Positions 27,863-36,731 of a stretch of 64,000 bases of DNA are shown here, in pieces. Both the position numbers and the translations under genes were made by a program. The stretch lies in the NCBI GenBank assembly GCA_002773395.1, contig PFBI01000006.1:242797-306796 (forward strand), read 5' to 3'. Positions within the stretch are counted from its first letter, which is position 1. The number at the start of each line of letters is the position of its first letter. The notes beneath the pieces are model-generated. The model was not told where the DNA came from. It saw only the letters and a list, made by a program, of their open reading frames with translations, and searched no databases. Source of the DNA: Candidatus Kaiserbacteria bacterium CG10_big_fil_rev_8_21_14_0_10_47_16. GTDB lineage: Bacteria > Patescibacteriota > Minisyncoccia > Phycocordibacterales > UBA918.

Positions 27863-29182
27863 TTAGTCTTGTTCTCCGAGATATTCCCCTGCGATTACAT
27901 CACATGAGAATTGCTCATTATTTCGCTTCTGTACTGCGTATGCAGTCAGAGATGCTGTGTATGAGTCACTTTGGGTGATGTTACCCATAGTCTCCCCATC
28001 ACAATCAAAGTCTGATCCCGCAGTCGCTGTAAGCGTACCTGCACACCATGCAACACCTACGTATGCAGTTGTTGTGGCTGAAAGATAGTCAGTGAGTGTA
28101 TCAAGACTTGCGATACTCCCGAGGTTACCGAGTGTAGTCTGCCCGAGAGCAGTTTCACCATTCTCGTAAATACCATTGCCATTATCATTCCAAGTGAATA
28201 CATCAATGTAATCTTGGAGTTCTCCAGCAGTGTTATCGTCACCAAGGTCAGCCTCTGGTTCAGTTACAGAGTTATCTGCATCTACACCATCATGTGCAAT
28301 GAGACATGCGTATGCATCATTGTCATATACGTGAAGTGAGATGACGTCTGTTCCCAGATCTCCTGGCTTCACATCATTGAAGTTGAAGAATGTGTCTCCT
28401 TCTCCAAGATCCTTTTCTTGCCAGAGCTTACATACTTGCTGGAATGATGAGTCTTCTGCACATTCTTCTGCATCACGATCGATATCAAGCTTGAAGAGAA
28501 GACCTGCTGGATTCTGTGTTACAGGATCTCCTGCAAGTGCTTTGTTGCGAACAACAATCTGGAGGGTGTTTTCACCATTCACCATTGCCCCCATGAAAGT
28601 CGTTTCTTCTCCACCCGTTAGCTGAACAGCAGATCCATAGTTAAACTCTGTAGCGAGTTTATCTACAATAGTGACACCGTTAAGGATAACCTTGTATCCG
28701 TTATCTGCCGCGATGGCAAGATCGAGGTCTACGTTCACTGCTGTTCCATTCCATTGGAACTTATTTTCGAACGTATATTCAACATCTCCTACACTGTCAG
28801 CCGCATTTGGAGCAGTTGCCCAAATCCAGATTGCTGGAGCCAAAGCTGCTTCATTCTGCCACGCAGGGTGTGGAGCTGCTACATCAGTTGCAGGAATTGG
28901 GAATGGTCCCTGGTATACAGCAGCCGCATTTGAACCAACGACCTGTGTTGCTGTAGAACTGAATACGTCTACGCTACATGTCTCACAATCAACATCATTG
29001 TACGTTTGTATAAGGTGATCAACTTTGAGGTCGATAGAACCTGCAGTAAAGATGTTGCCTGTTGAAGTTTCTGTATCGTTGAAGAACGCGCCTGTCGCGC
29101 CGATCACGAGTGCTGCAACAAACACCATCATGCCGAGTGCGAGAAGCACTCGTTTGTTTGCAATAAGTGTTGCAATTTTCAT
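27863..29182 (-). CDS. TasA/camelysin-like fibre protein, 439 aa, paralogous to the 651 aa protein; start at ATG 29182
   Basis: N-terminus 'IGATGAFFNDTETSTGNIFTAGSIDLKVDHL' is almost identical to that of 25806-27761. Shared blocks include 'FFNFNDVKPGDLGTDVISLHVYDNDAYACLIAHDG', 'LGNLGSIASLD', 'GVAWCAGT' and 'YTASLTAYA'. Confidence 0.75.
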   Translation of the reverse strand: MKIATLIANKRVLLALGMMVFVAALVIGATGAFFNDTETSTGNIFTAGSIDLKVDHLIQTYNDVDCETCSVDVFSSTATQVVGSNAAAVYQGPFPIPATDVAAPHPAWQNEAALAPAIWIWATAPNAADSVGDVEYTFENKFQWNGTAVNVDLDLAIAADNGYKVILNGVTIVDKLATEFNYGSAVQLTGGEETTFMGAMVNGENTLQIVVRNKALAGDPVTQNPAGLLFKLDIDRDAEECAEDSSFQQVCKLWQEKDLGEGDTFFNFNDVKPGDLGTDVISLHVYDNDAYACLIAHDGVDADNSVTEPEADLGDDNTAGELQDYIDVFTWNDNGNGIYENGETALGQTTLGNLGSIASLDTLTDYLSATTTAYVGVAWCAGTLTATAGSDFDCDGETMGNITQSDSYTASLTAYAVQKRNNEQFSCDVIAGEYLGEQD

Positions 29183-29477
29183 AAAATAATTTGAGTTACT
29201 TGGTAAAGTTTGATTAATAACCACTCCAAAACACACCTAGAAAAGAACTTCCTTGGATGTGTTCATCATCCCACCATTTAGGTACACGGTGGACAAGTGG
29301 AGGAACTTCAATTGGTAACAAAAACGCGCACAATATATTGTGCGCGTTTTTAATTACGTATGTAGTGAAGTCGCCTCCTGTGTCCATCCTGTCTTCTTCA
29401 TGGTGTTCCTAGTATAGACTCACCATAGTAAGCTGCAACCTTGCAGAGATGTAAAATTTGTTTCGTGATGTAAAAAT

Positions 29478-29519
29478 GAATAGCCTGAAAACCGCACGAG
29501 TGCGGTTTTCAGGCTATTC
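29478..29519 (-). terminator. Strong terminator hairpin (perfect 18-20 bp arms) between the LTXXQ gene and the TasA-like operon
   Basis: 'gaatagcctgaaaaccgcac-gag-gtgcggttttcaggctattc'. Confidence 0.7.
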
Positions 29520-29553
29520 TATACATCACTACTTTTGTTCTATGGTGGGTTGT

Positions 29554-30207
29554 TTATTGATCATCTGCTGACGTGTCAGATGATAGGGCGTCATGGCGTG
29601 GAGCCCCGAACACTGGTGGGAGACCGGCGTCACGGAGGAGCTGGTGGGCCCCCCTGTGATCGCCACTTTGGTTGAGTTCGTACGCTTCGAGAAGCGTATT
29701 GAACGACTCTTGGCTTATCATGTCTTTGAATGGAGCATTCTCTGTTGCTGCAACAAAGGCATCATAATCCTTGTTCGCAAGTGCATTACGGATGGCATCA
29801 CGCACTGCCTGATTCCCTTCTCCGCGAGGTCCAATGTGATTTCCAAACGGCGGAATGTCTATTCCCGCATCTGCAAGTACTTGCTTCGCGGCATCATCAT
29901 TACCTTGCTCATGAAGTGTTCGCGCTTCCGTAAGAGCATCCTTCTGCTCCTCGGTGAGATTAGCAAACTCACCCTTGTGCGGCCGCTGTGACATCATGTT
30001 TTTGGTAACGCCTGCGTCTTGAAGTACTTGTTTTGCGCCGTCGAAGTCACCTGATTCCCGGAGATCACGCGCCTCATCGAGGGCGTCTTTCTGGTCATCC
30101 GTGAGATCTTTGAAATCTGCGTAGGCATAGGAGACACCGAGGACTCCAAAGAGGAGAATCGGTATAACCAGCGCGGCAAATTTTTGATCTCGAGTCAGTG
30201 TGTTCAT
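29554..30207 (-). CDS. Secreted repeat protein with three LTXXQ (Spy/CpxP-like) motif repeats
   Basis: N-terminal TM, then three copies of 'LT(D/E)(D/E)QKDAL.EAR.L.E.GD.D.AKQVL.DAG'. Confidence 0.5.
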   Translation of the reverse strand: MNTLTRDQKFAALVIPILLFGVLGVSYAYADFKDLTDDQKDALDEARDLRESGDFDGAKQVLQDAGVTKNMMSQRPHKGEFANLTEEQKDALTEARTLHEQGNDDAAKQVLADAGIDIPPFGNHIGPRGEGNQAVRDAIRNALANKDYDAFVAATENAPFKDMISQESFNTLLEAYELNQSGDHRGAHQLLRDAGLPPVFGAPRHDALSSDTSADDQ

Positions 30208-30226
30208 AACGATTGCATATGGTTAA

Positions 30227-31087
30227 TTATTTTTGCAAGATGCGAACTCGTACGCGCTCGCACTCATTACTACGCATAGCCGGATCTTTTATTTCACTTT
30301 CTGGTCGTACCCTCTCGAGGAATGCGCTCCGACGGCCGAGCATATCGCTAATTGAGTTTTGTTCATGTGGCAGAAATCCTGGCAAGATAATACATGCGTA
30401 GAAGACATCGTCTGATGTTGTTGCTTGGTAGCCAATCACACGAACCTCCTCAAAGCGTGCAAGCGCATCAAGATCCTTCGGACTCAGGCCAGCAGTATAG
30501 AGCGTCCACTTTGTGCCATTGGTGTCAGTGAAGAGGATCGTTTCTTCTGTAAGTGGCGCGCTCGCGCTTCCGATAAGACGACCTTCATCCGCGTCGTCCC
30601 ACAGTTCTTCTTGAAGCCTGACCACTGATGTATGGAACGGGATACGCTCCCCAACCATAACTTCTATCGTTGATCCCGCACCAATGCCGTAGAGTATTGC
30701 TCCTCCCACGAAGCTGCCACCAATACTCATAATCATCACGATGGTGAGTGAGTATCGATACCCTGTCTTCGTGTGACGAAGGTTGAAGTACCCAAAGAGT
30801 ACCGTGCCCGCAAGAATGCCGATCCAAAGATACGGCAGTACCGTCACAATGAATGTGATCATGTTACGGTGCGTTGCCTCATAGAACTCCCATCCTGCGT
30901 GCTCTGTCGCAAAGGCGGAGGCCGCGAGCGCTGCGCTTCCGATAAGGACCGCCCCGCCCCACAGAGTCCAGAACGTAACGTCGCGCGAGACGAATACCCA
31001 TCGCGCTCGCGGCGAAACAGCATCATCACTGATACGCATCATGACTCTCTGCTTTATATCTTCTGTTGTGTGTTGTGTGCTATTCAT
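30227..31087 (-). CDS. Putative membrane-bound anti-sigma factor (overlaps the ECF sigma gene by 8 bp)
   Basis: Position and 8 bp overlap with the sigma gene, 4-5 TM helices, and a C-terminal extracytoplasmic domain. No recognisable ZAS motif. Confidence 0.45.
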   Translation of the reverse strand: MNSTQHTTEDIKQRVMMRISDDAVSPRARWVFVSRDVTFWTLWGGAVLIGSAALAASAFATEHAGWEFYEATHRNMITFIVTVLPYLWIGILAGTVLFGYFNLRHTKTGYRYSLTIVMIMSIGGSFVGGAILYGIGAGSTIEVMVGERIPFHTSVVRLQEELWDDADEGRLIGSASAPLTEETILFTDTNGTKWTLYTAGLSPKDLDALARFEEVRVIGYQATTSDDVFYACIILPGFLPHEQNSISDMLGRRSAFLERVRPESEIKDPAMRSNECERVRVRILQK

Positions 31088-31658
31088 ACGCTGGATGTTC
31101 TTTGAGTTCTTTGCGGAGGCGGCCTTTGGCTCTGTGGAGGAGCGTGGCCACCGAACCTATGGGTATCTTTAAAATGTCGGAGATCTCGTCATATTCCTTA
31201 TGTTCAAAAAACCGCAAGATGACAACGTCTCGGTATTTATTATCAAGATGACTCACCGCTCTCCCGACAACCGCAGCGTCGAGCGCAGCATCAAAGAGTA
31301 TTTCGCTCCCTTTCTCGGTACTCGCAACAAACGTGAGGATATCCTCACTGTCTGACACAAGGTGTCCTTCGGGACGCACTCGCTTCTTTCGAAACGAGTT
31401 TATGGCTTCATTGTGGGCAATACGATACATCCATGAAGAAAACGACAACGCCGTATCAAATTCATTGAGATTCCGGTACGCTTTTATAAAAATTTCTTGG
31501 AGAACGTCTGCAACATCTTCCTCATCACGCACGCCAAGTCGGCGTACGTATCGTGCGAGCTTTGCTTCATACCGTTCGATGAGTAGGCCAAAGAACTCAC
31601 GCTGATTACGCGCCATTTCCACCAGCTCCTCGTCTGTTTTTATCCCACCAACAGGCAT
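31080..31658 (-). CDS. ECF (group IV) RNA polymerase sigma factor
   Basis: Region 2 'VLQEIFIKAYRNLNEFD...SFSSWMYRIAHNEAIN' and region 4 'EISDILKIPIGSVATLLHRAKGRLRKEL'. Confidence 0.85.
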   Translation of the reverse strand: MPVGGIKTDEELVEMARNQREFFGLLIERYEAKLARYVRRLGVRDEEDVADVLQEIFIKAYRNLNEFDTALSFSSWMYRIAHNEAINSFRKKRVRPEGHLVSDSEDILTFVASTEKGSEILFDAALDAAVVGRAVSHLDNKYRDVVILRFFEHKEYDEISDILKIPIGSVATLLHRAKGRLRKELKEHPAYE

Positions 31659-31726
31659 ATAAGCTATCTATAGTTACTACGCATGATACGCTTATTTCTT
31701 TCACTCTGCATGCTACAATCTCTCGT

Positions 31727-32203
31727 ATGAAAACTATTCAGTTCCGCACGATTGTGCCGTTTATATTCTTTATTACGCTCTTTTTTCTCGTACCGACGCA
31801 TGCGCACGCAAGTGACACGGTAAACGCTACGTTGTTTTACACCATAGACTTTGCCATCAATGCCGATGACGAGGACATTCACATTCCCGTTATTGCAGAA
31901 CGCGGGAGTTCTGAGCTCAATACAATTGGCTTTGACGTACTGCAAGGAAAGTACAAGAACGTCTTGAAAAAAGGTGCCGCCAGCGGATTTGTCGTGAGCA
32001 GTCTCCCCATTGATGCAGATCTTACCTACACTGTTCCTGCCGGCAGCACGCACTTCTTCACGCTGTACATTATTTATTCACATGAGGAGATTCGAAAGAA
32101 GACACCGTATCAGGTAGAACTCCGTGGTCTTATACCGACCGTACTCGCAGAGAACTTCAGCTTCACGGGCGTACGTGCAACATTCAAGATTGCTGGGGAA
32201 TAA
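31727..32203 (+). CDS. Secreted hypothetical protein (signal peptide, 158 aa)
   Basis: Signal 'IVPFIFFITLFFLVPTHAHA'. Divergent from the sigma gene. Confidence 0.45.
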   Translation: MKTIQFRTIVPFIFFITLFFLVPTHAHASDTVNATLFYTIDFAINADDEDIHIPVIAERGSSELNTIGFDVLQGKYKNVLKKGAASGFVVSSLPIDADLTYTVPAGSTHFFTLYIIYSHEEIRKKTPYQVELRGLIPTVLAENFSFTGVRATFKIAGE

Positions 32204-32292
32204 TCTGGGTATAACCCTGTGTATAGAGGTAGGGATATCACATAGGAAAAGTATGTGTGTATCCTCCCTATAAGGCTGTGTAGAAGCTGTGG

Positions 32293-33102
32293 TTAACGAT
32301 GTGGATAGAGCGCTGAAGCAATCTTGAGCCATGTTTCAAGCGGTACATCTTCCCCGCGGACGGTCTCTTTCAGATTGAGTGAATGCAGAATGTCGGCAAC
32401 CATATCTCGAGCAAACTTCTTGGACAGATTTCCAAGAAGTTGTTTTCGTTTCGCTGCAAAGCCGAGATGCAGGACTTCAAAGAAGAATGCTTCATCAAGA
32501 TTATTAAAATGGTCTTTTGAGATACCCGAGACGGCAATAATGGCTGAATCAACTTTCGGTGCAGGGCTGAAGTTGCCACGAGATACTGTTTTGACGTACC
32601 GTGGACTTCCATACGCTTTTACACCGAGTGAGAGGAGTGATTCTTTGGGATCGCGACAAATACGCTCGGCAACTTCCTTTTGTGTAAGGAAAACCAATGT
32701 TGAAGGAGCTGTTTCGCTTTCAAGAAAAAGTCTGAACAGCATTCCCGAAAGATAGTATGGGATATTGGCGACTAGTTTATACGCACCGCGGGTCAGTCCT
32801 ATTGCTTCAAGGTCGATCTCACGGATATCTCCGTGATGAAGGACGAGAGTGCCTGCGGCAATCTCGTCCGCAAACGTATCCTCTAGAAGTTCAATTGCTC
32901 GCTGATCCGCTTCAACTGCCACCACGCGAACTCCTCGCTTTAAGAACTCTTGCGTCAGTGCCCCTGTCCCTGGGCCGATCTCAAGTACCGTGTCTTCTAA
33001 GGTAAGTTCTGCGGCATCAGCCATCAATTCGGGAATGCGGGGATTGGTGAGGAAATTTTGTCCAAGACTTTTCTTTGCTTCAATCTTTCCGAGGGGTTTC
33101 AT
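32293..33102 (-). CDS. rsmA: 16S rRNA (adenine1518/1519-N6)-dimethyltransferase RsmA/KsgA
   Basis: 'LGQNFL', SAM site 'VLEIGPGTGALT', 'NIPY'. Confidence 0.9.
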   Translation of the reverse strand: MKPLGKIEAKKSLGQNFLTNPRIPELMADAAELTLEDTVLEIGPGTGALTQEFLKRGVRVVAVEADQRAIELLEDTFADEIAAGTLVLHHGDIREIDLEAIGLTRGAYKLVANIPYYLSGMLFRLFLESETAPSTLVFLTQKEVAERICRDPKESLLSLGVKAYGSPRYVKTVSRGNFSPAPKVDSAIIAVSGISKDHFNNLDEAFFFEVLHLGFAAKRKQLLGNLSKKFARDMVADILHSLNLKETVRGEDVPLETWLKIASALYPHR

Positions 33103-33195
33103 AGAGGTTCATTGTATCAGCACTTGTGCATCTCACGTATTGTGGTCAAACCAAGTCTGTGATACAATACGTATAGATATCAAGGTAATTGTGCC

Positions 33196-33414
33196 TTGAT
33201 TTACACCCTGGAGGGGGTCATGGTAGCACCAAGTACTACGAAGGAGCGCAACGGCTGGTGGATCTTCCTCGGCCTTCTGGCCGTTGGAATTCTGTTCTAC
33301 ACGGTAACATCAACCTATGCCGCCAATACAGCGCCCATCGAGAGGTCTGACGGCTTCTACATCGGCAATCCCCCGCCCGACAAGGCGACGGAAGCGTTCT
33401 TCGGCAAGTTTTGA
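33196..33414 (+). CDS. Small single-TM hypothetical protein
   Basis: TM 'WWIFLGLLAVGILFYTV'. Weak support, and the start is uncertain. Confidence 0.3.
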   Translation: MIYTLEGVMVAPSTTKERNGWWIFLGLLAVGILFYTVTSTYAANTAPIERSDGFYIGNPPPDKATEAFFGKF

Positions 33415-33482
33415 CATTATACGGCGACACCGGCGTGGCACCTTGGCCCGCGAGCAATCTTTTGGTTGCGAGCGGGTCTTTT

Positions 33483-35432
33483 TTAATCTAAATACACTGT
33501 CGTCTCATACCCTGTCCCATCACCTCCTGGATTTGCATGTTCGAGCAATTCTTCACGGATATCACCAATAAATTGTGACGGTGCATTGATACGCTGGCTG
33601 CCAAAAATAGTTCGTATGTGTGCAAACGAGAGAAAGACTTTCTTTTCTGCACGCGTGAGCGCTACATAAAAGAGTCGTCGCTCTTCTTCTTCATCAATTT
33701 TATCTGCTGAAAGTCGTTCGTGTGGAAAGAGACCTTCTTCAAGGCCAGTAATAAATACATACGGAAATTCAAGCCCTTTCGCCGAGTGGACCGTCATGAG
33801 ACGCACCGCATCTTGTTCTTCTTTCGCTTTTATTTCATCTTGATCGCTCTGAAGCGCCGCTTCTTCAAGCACCGCTTCGATCGCGTCTTCCGATTCGAGC
33901 TCATCATACCGCGCAGCGAGTGTGACGAGCTCACGAAGGTTTTCAATACGCTCCAATCCTTCTTCACCATCTTTCTTTAGCATCTCTTCAATACCGGTAC
34001 GCTTCAGAATAAATTTAAATGTCTCTGAGAGCGGTTGTTCCCGCGCAGCCTGTGCGATATCGTCCATAAGATTATAAAAGTTCTCTACTTTTTCGCGGGT
34101 ACTTCCTTTGAGTTCATCCCGTCGTCCCTCCATGAGCTTGAGGAGTGTCACCTTCCCGATACCGCGCACCGGTGTATTGATAACACGCGCCAAGTCGCTC
34201 GTACTGTCAGGGTTCATTGCAAGCCGAAGATACGAAAGTGCATCTTTTACTTCTCTTCGCTCGAAGAATTTTGTTCCGAGAAGCTGGTACGGAACGCTAA
34301 AATTGAGAAATGCCTCTTCGAGTACCCGTGACTGAAAGTTGGTACGATACAGCACTGCAATATGTGACGGTGACGCGCCGCTCTTGATAAGCTCTTTTGC
34401 ACGAAGCGCAATATGCTCTGCCTCATCGTTCCCGTTCATTCCGACGTAGAGTTCAATCAACTCTCCCTCGTGATTGTTTGTGAAGACCTTCTTCGGCGGG
34501 CGGTTGAAGTTCTTTTCAATAATATCGTTTGATGCTGCGATGATGGTTTGTGTTGAACGGTAGTTTTCTTCAAGGAAAATGGTGGTGGTTTCTGGGAAAT
34601 GTTTTTCAAACTGAAGAATATTTGAAATGTTTGCCCCACGCCACGAATAAATAGACTGATCGACGTCCCCTACAACACAAATATTGTGTACGTCTCCAGT
34701 GAGGAGCCGCGCAATTTCATACTGCACTTTGTTGGTATCCTGATACTCGTCAATGTGAATATATTTAAAACGTTCTCGGTACATCTCAAGTACATCTGGA
34801 TGACTCTTGAGGAGATTTACCGTCTTGAGGAGAAGGTCGTCGAAGTCGAGTGCGTGTTCTTCCCGAAGTGTCTTATCGTAGTGTTCCCATATTTCACCGG
34901 CAACTTGCTCGGGGTAGCTTCGCGCGCCGTCCATGAAATCGAGCCGTGAGAGTGCATCGCCTTTTGCCTTTGAGATAATTGAAAGCATCTTTCGTGGCTC
35001 AAACTGCTTTGGATCGTAGCTTGCCTGTTCGAGTGCTTTCTTAATAGCCTTATTACTATCGCTCCGGTCATAGATAACGAAGTGACGACGGAGCCCGAGG
35101 ACCTCGTGATTCTCTCTGAGAATGCGCACGCCGAGCGCGTGGAATGTCGTGACAGTCGGGAGTGAATCAATGCCCGCGCGGCTCGCACCGAAATGCTCCT
35201 GAATGAGATTTTGTACACGTTCACGCATTTCTTTTGCAGCCTTATTGGTGAACGTCACCGCAAGAATATTGTGTGGGGAGGTGCCCTTTTCGATAAGGTG
35301 GATAATGCGGTGTGTAATGACACGCGTCTTTCCAGACCCAGCACCTGCAAGAACAAGGACAGGGCCTTCGGTTGTTTCAACTGCTTGTTTTTGTGCGGCA
35401 TTTAAACCGTGGAGATGATTGTGATCGTTCAT
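33483..35432 (-). CDS. pcrA: ATP-dependent DNA helicase PcrA/UvrD family
   Basis: Walker A 'LAGAGSGKTRVITHRI', a 'DEYQDTN' box, and a 'VTLMTVHSAKGLEF' motif. The start was chosen at ATG 35432 (MNDHNHL). Confidence 0.9.
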   Translation of the reverse strand: MNDHNHLHGLNAAQKQAVETTEGPVLVLAGAGSGKTRVITHRIIHLIEKGTSPHNILAVTFTNKAAKEMRERVQNLIQEHFGASRAGIDSLPTVTTFHALGVRILRENHEVLGLRRHFVIYDRSDSNKAIKKALEQASYDPKQFEPRKMLSIISKAKGDALSRLDFMDGARSYPEQVAGEIWEHYDKTLREEHALDFDDLLLKTVNLLKSHPDVLEMYRERFKYIHIDEYQDTNKVQYEIARLLTGDVHNICVVGDVDQSIYSWRGANISNILQFEKHFPETTTIFLEENYRSTQTIIAASNDIIEKNFNRPPKKVFTNNHEGELIELYVGMNGNDEAEHIALRAKELIKSGASPSHIAVLYRTNFQSRVLEEAFLNFSVPYQLLGTKFFERREVKDALSYLRLAMNPDSTSDLARVINTPVRGIGKVTLLKLMEGRRDELKGSTREKVENFYNLMDDIAQAAREQPLSETFKFILKRTGIEEMLKKDGEEGLERIENLRELVTLAARYDELESEDAIEAVLEEAALQSDQDEIKAKEEQDAVRLMTVHSAKGLEFPYVFITGLEEGLFPHERLSADKIDEEEERRLFYVALTRAEKKVFLSFAHIRTIFGSQRINAPSQFIGDIREELLEHANPGGDGTGYETTVYLD

Positions 35433-35529
35433 GCGACTACCACTATACCCCATGCTGATAGTGAGACAAAAGAAAAGACGGGGACGCGCATGCGTGTCCC
35501 CGTCCCTCACTGTCGCCGGCCGATGATTT

Positions 35530-35826
35530 TCAGAGAGGAAAATCGATACTCAGACTGAACGTCCCGAGCTTGTCGTACAGTCCTTCAAGCGGGGACTGGA
35601 TTGGATCCCGAACGAAGCGTCGCGGTCCAAGCGTCGTCCGAACCTCGACGGTCGACCACCCCTTCAGCGGCAAGGTGCGGAAGCCGAGATCAAGGTTTTC
35701 CTCCTGGTTGAGCCGCTGCATGGATGCAGCCTGCTTTTCTTGAGGAAGCCAAGTACTCGCCTGTGCATGTGCCGTCAGAGCAAAAAGGGCAGAGACGACC
35801 GTTACCAACATGACCAATTTCATCAT
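35530..35826 (-). CDS. Small secreted hypothetical protein
   Basis: Signal peptide 'LVMLVTVVSALFALTAHAQA'. Confidence 0.4.
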   Translation of the reverse strand: MMKLVMLVTVVSALFALTAHAQASTWLPQEKQAASMQRLNQEENLDLGFRTLPLKGWSTVEVRTTLGPRRFVRDPIQSPLEGLYDKLGTFSLSIDFPL

Positions 35827-35947
35827 ATGTCTCCCCAGTTACAATATCAATCTTCAGCCTACACCCGATTACTCAGCTACACAACAAAAGAAAAACGCCG
35901 CAAGCTACTGCTTGCGACGTACCCCGTAGGGATTTTGTTTGTGTGAA

Positions 35948-36466
35948 TTACCGACGATTCCGTCGCTTCTGTTCCCGTGACGCAACGGTGAGTGCGGTGA
36001 CAGCCTTGTCGTACCACGCCTGCCACAGTTCGTCATCGCGTGACCAGTTCTCGAAACGCCTGATGTAGTTGGCGTAATCGAAGTAGTCCAGTCCTCGATC
36101 GAGGATGCCATCGAGGTTTTGATCCTCGAGCCAGCCACTGTCGCGCGGGATACGCACCCGCGGGTTCCGCGTCACCTTAATCCAGATGACCGGCAGAAGT
36201 GCGCCATCATTGCTGACCGCGACAACGTAGCGCATGCGTTCATAATCGAATACGGCCTCGAGCGCAGGCTGCTTGCCTGTGTTCGGAGTCTCGACCGCCA
36301 CATCACGACGATTGTCGGCTGTGCGGACCATGTCAGCGACATCTGCAACATCTTCTAGCGATGCCGCAAATGCGCTTGCGAGTACCGACGCGAAAAATAT
36401 GATGCCGGTTACAGTGATTGCGATTGCGACGATACGTGACCGTCGTGAGGGTTTGGTATCTTCCAC
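35948..36466 (-). CDS. Membrane-anchored hypothetical protein
   Basis: N-terminal TM 'IVAIAITVTGIIFFASVLASAFAA'. Confidence 0.4.
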   Translation of the reverse strand: MEDTKPSRRSRIVAIAITVTGIIFFASVLASAFAASLEDVADVADMVRTADNRRDVAVETPNTGKQPALEAVFDYERMRYVVAVSNDGALLPVIWIKVTRNPRVRIPRDSGWLEDQNLDGILDRGLDYFDYANYIRRFENWSRDDELWQAWYDKAVTALTVASREQKRRNRR

Positions 36467-36731
36467 TTTCTACTCCCTTCGTCAGGCCGGTAGTACCGGC
36501 AATGTTTCTACTCCACGGCAAGAATGCCATGCCAAAAATATCCTGTCAATACTTAAAAAAAGGCCCCACTCAGGCTCCGTTTATCCAACATGAACATACT
36601 GTGGAGAAGTCGATTTGGCAAGGTTGACCCTATTACTGAGAGGTCTATCATTGACCCTGTACGAAGAGCTTACGAGCTCTTTTTATTTCAGAATGATACT
36701 GTAGCGGAAGCAAAACGGCGGTGAGTCCATA

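Noticed and set aside
29237-29470. ECF-type promoter upstream of the fibre operon
   Set aside because: A GGAAC motif exists on the minus strand near 29411, but no properly spaced CGTC-like -10 element follows. This is too weak to annotate.
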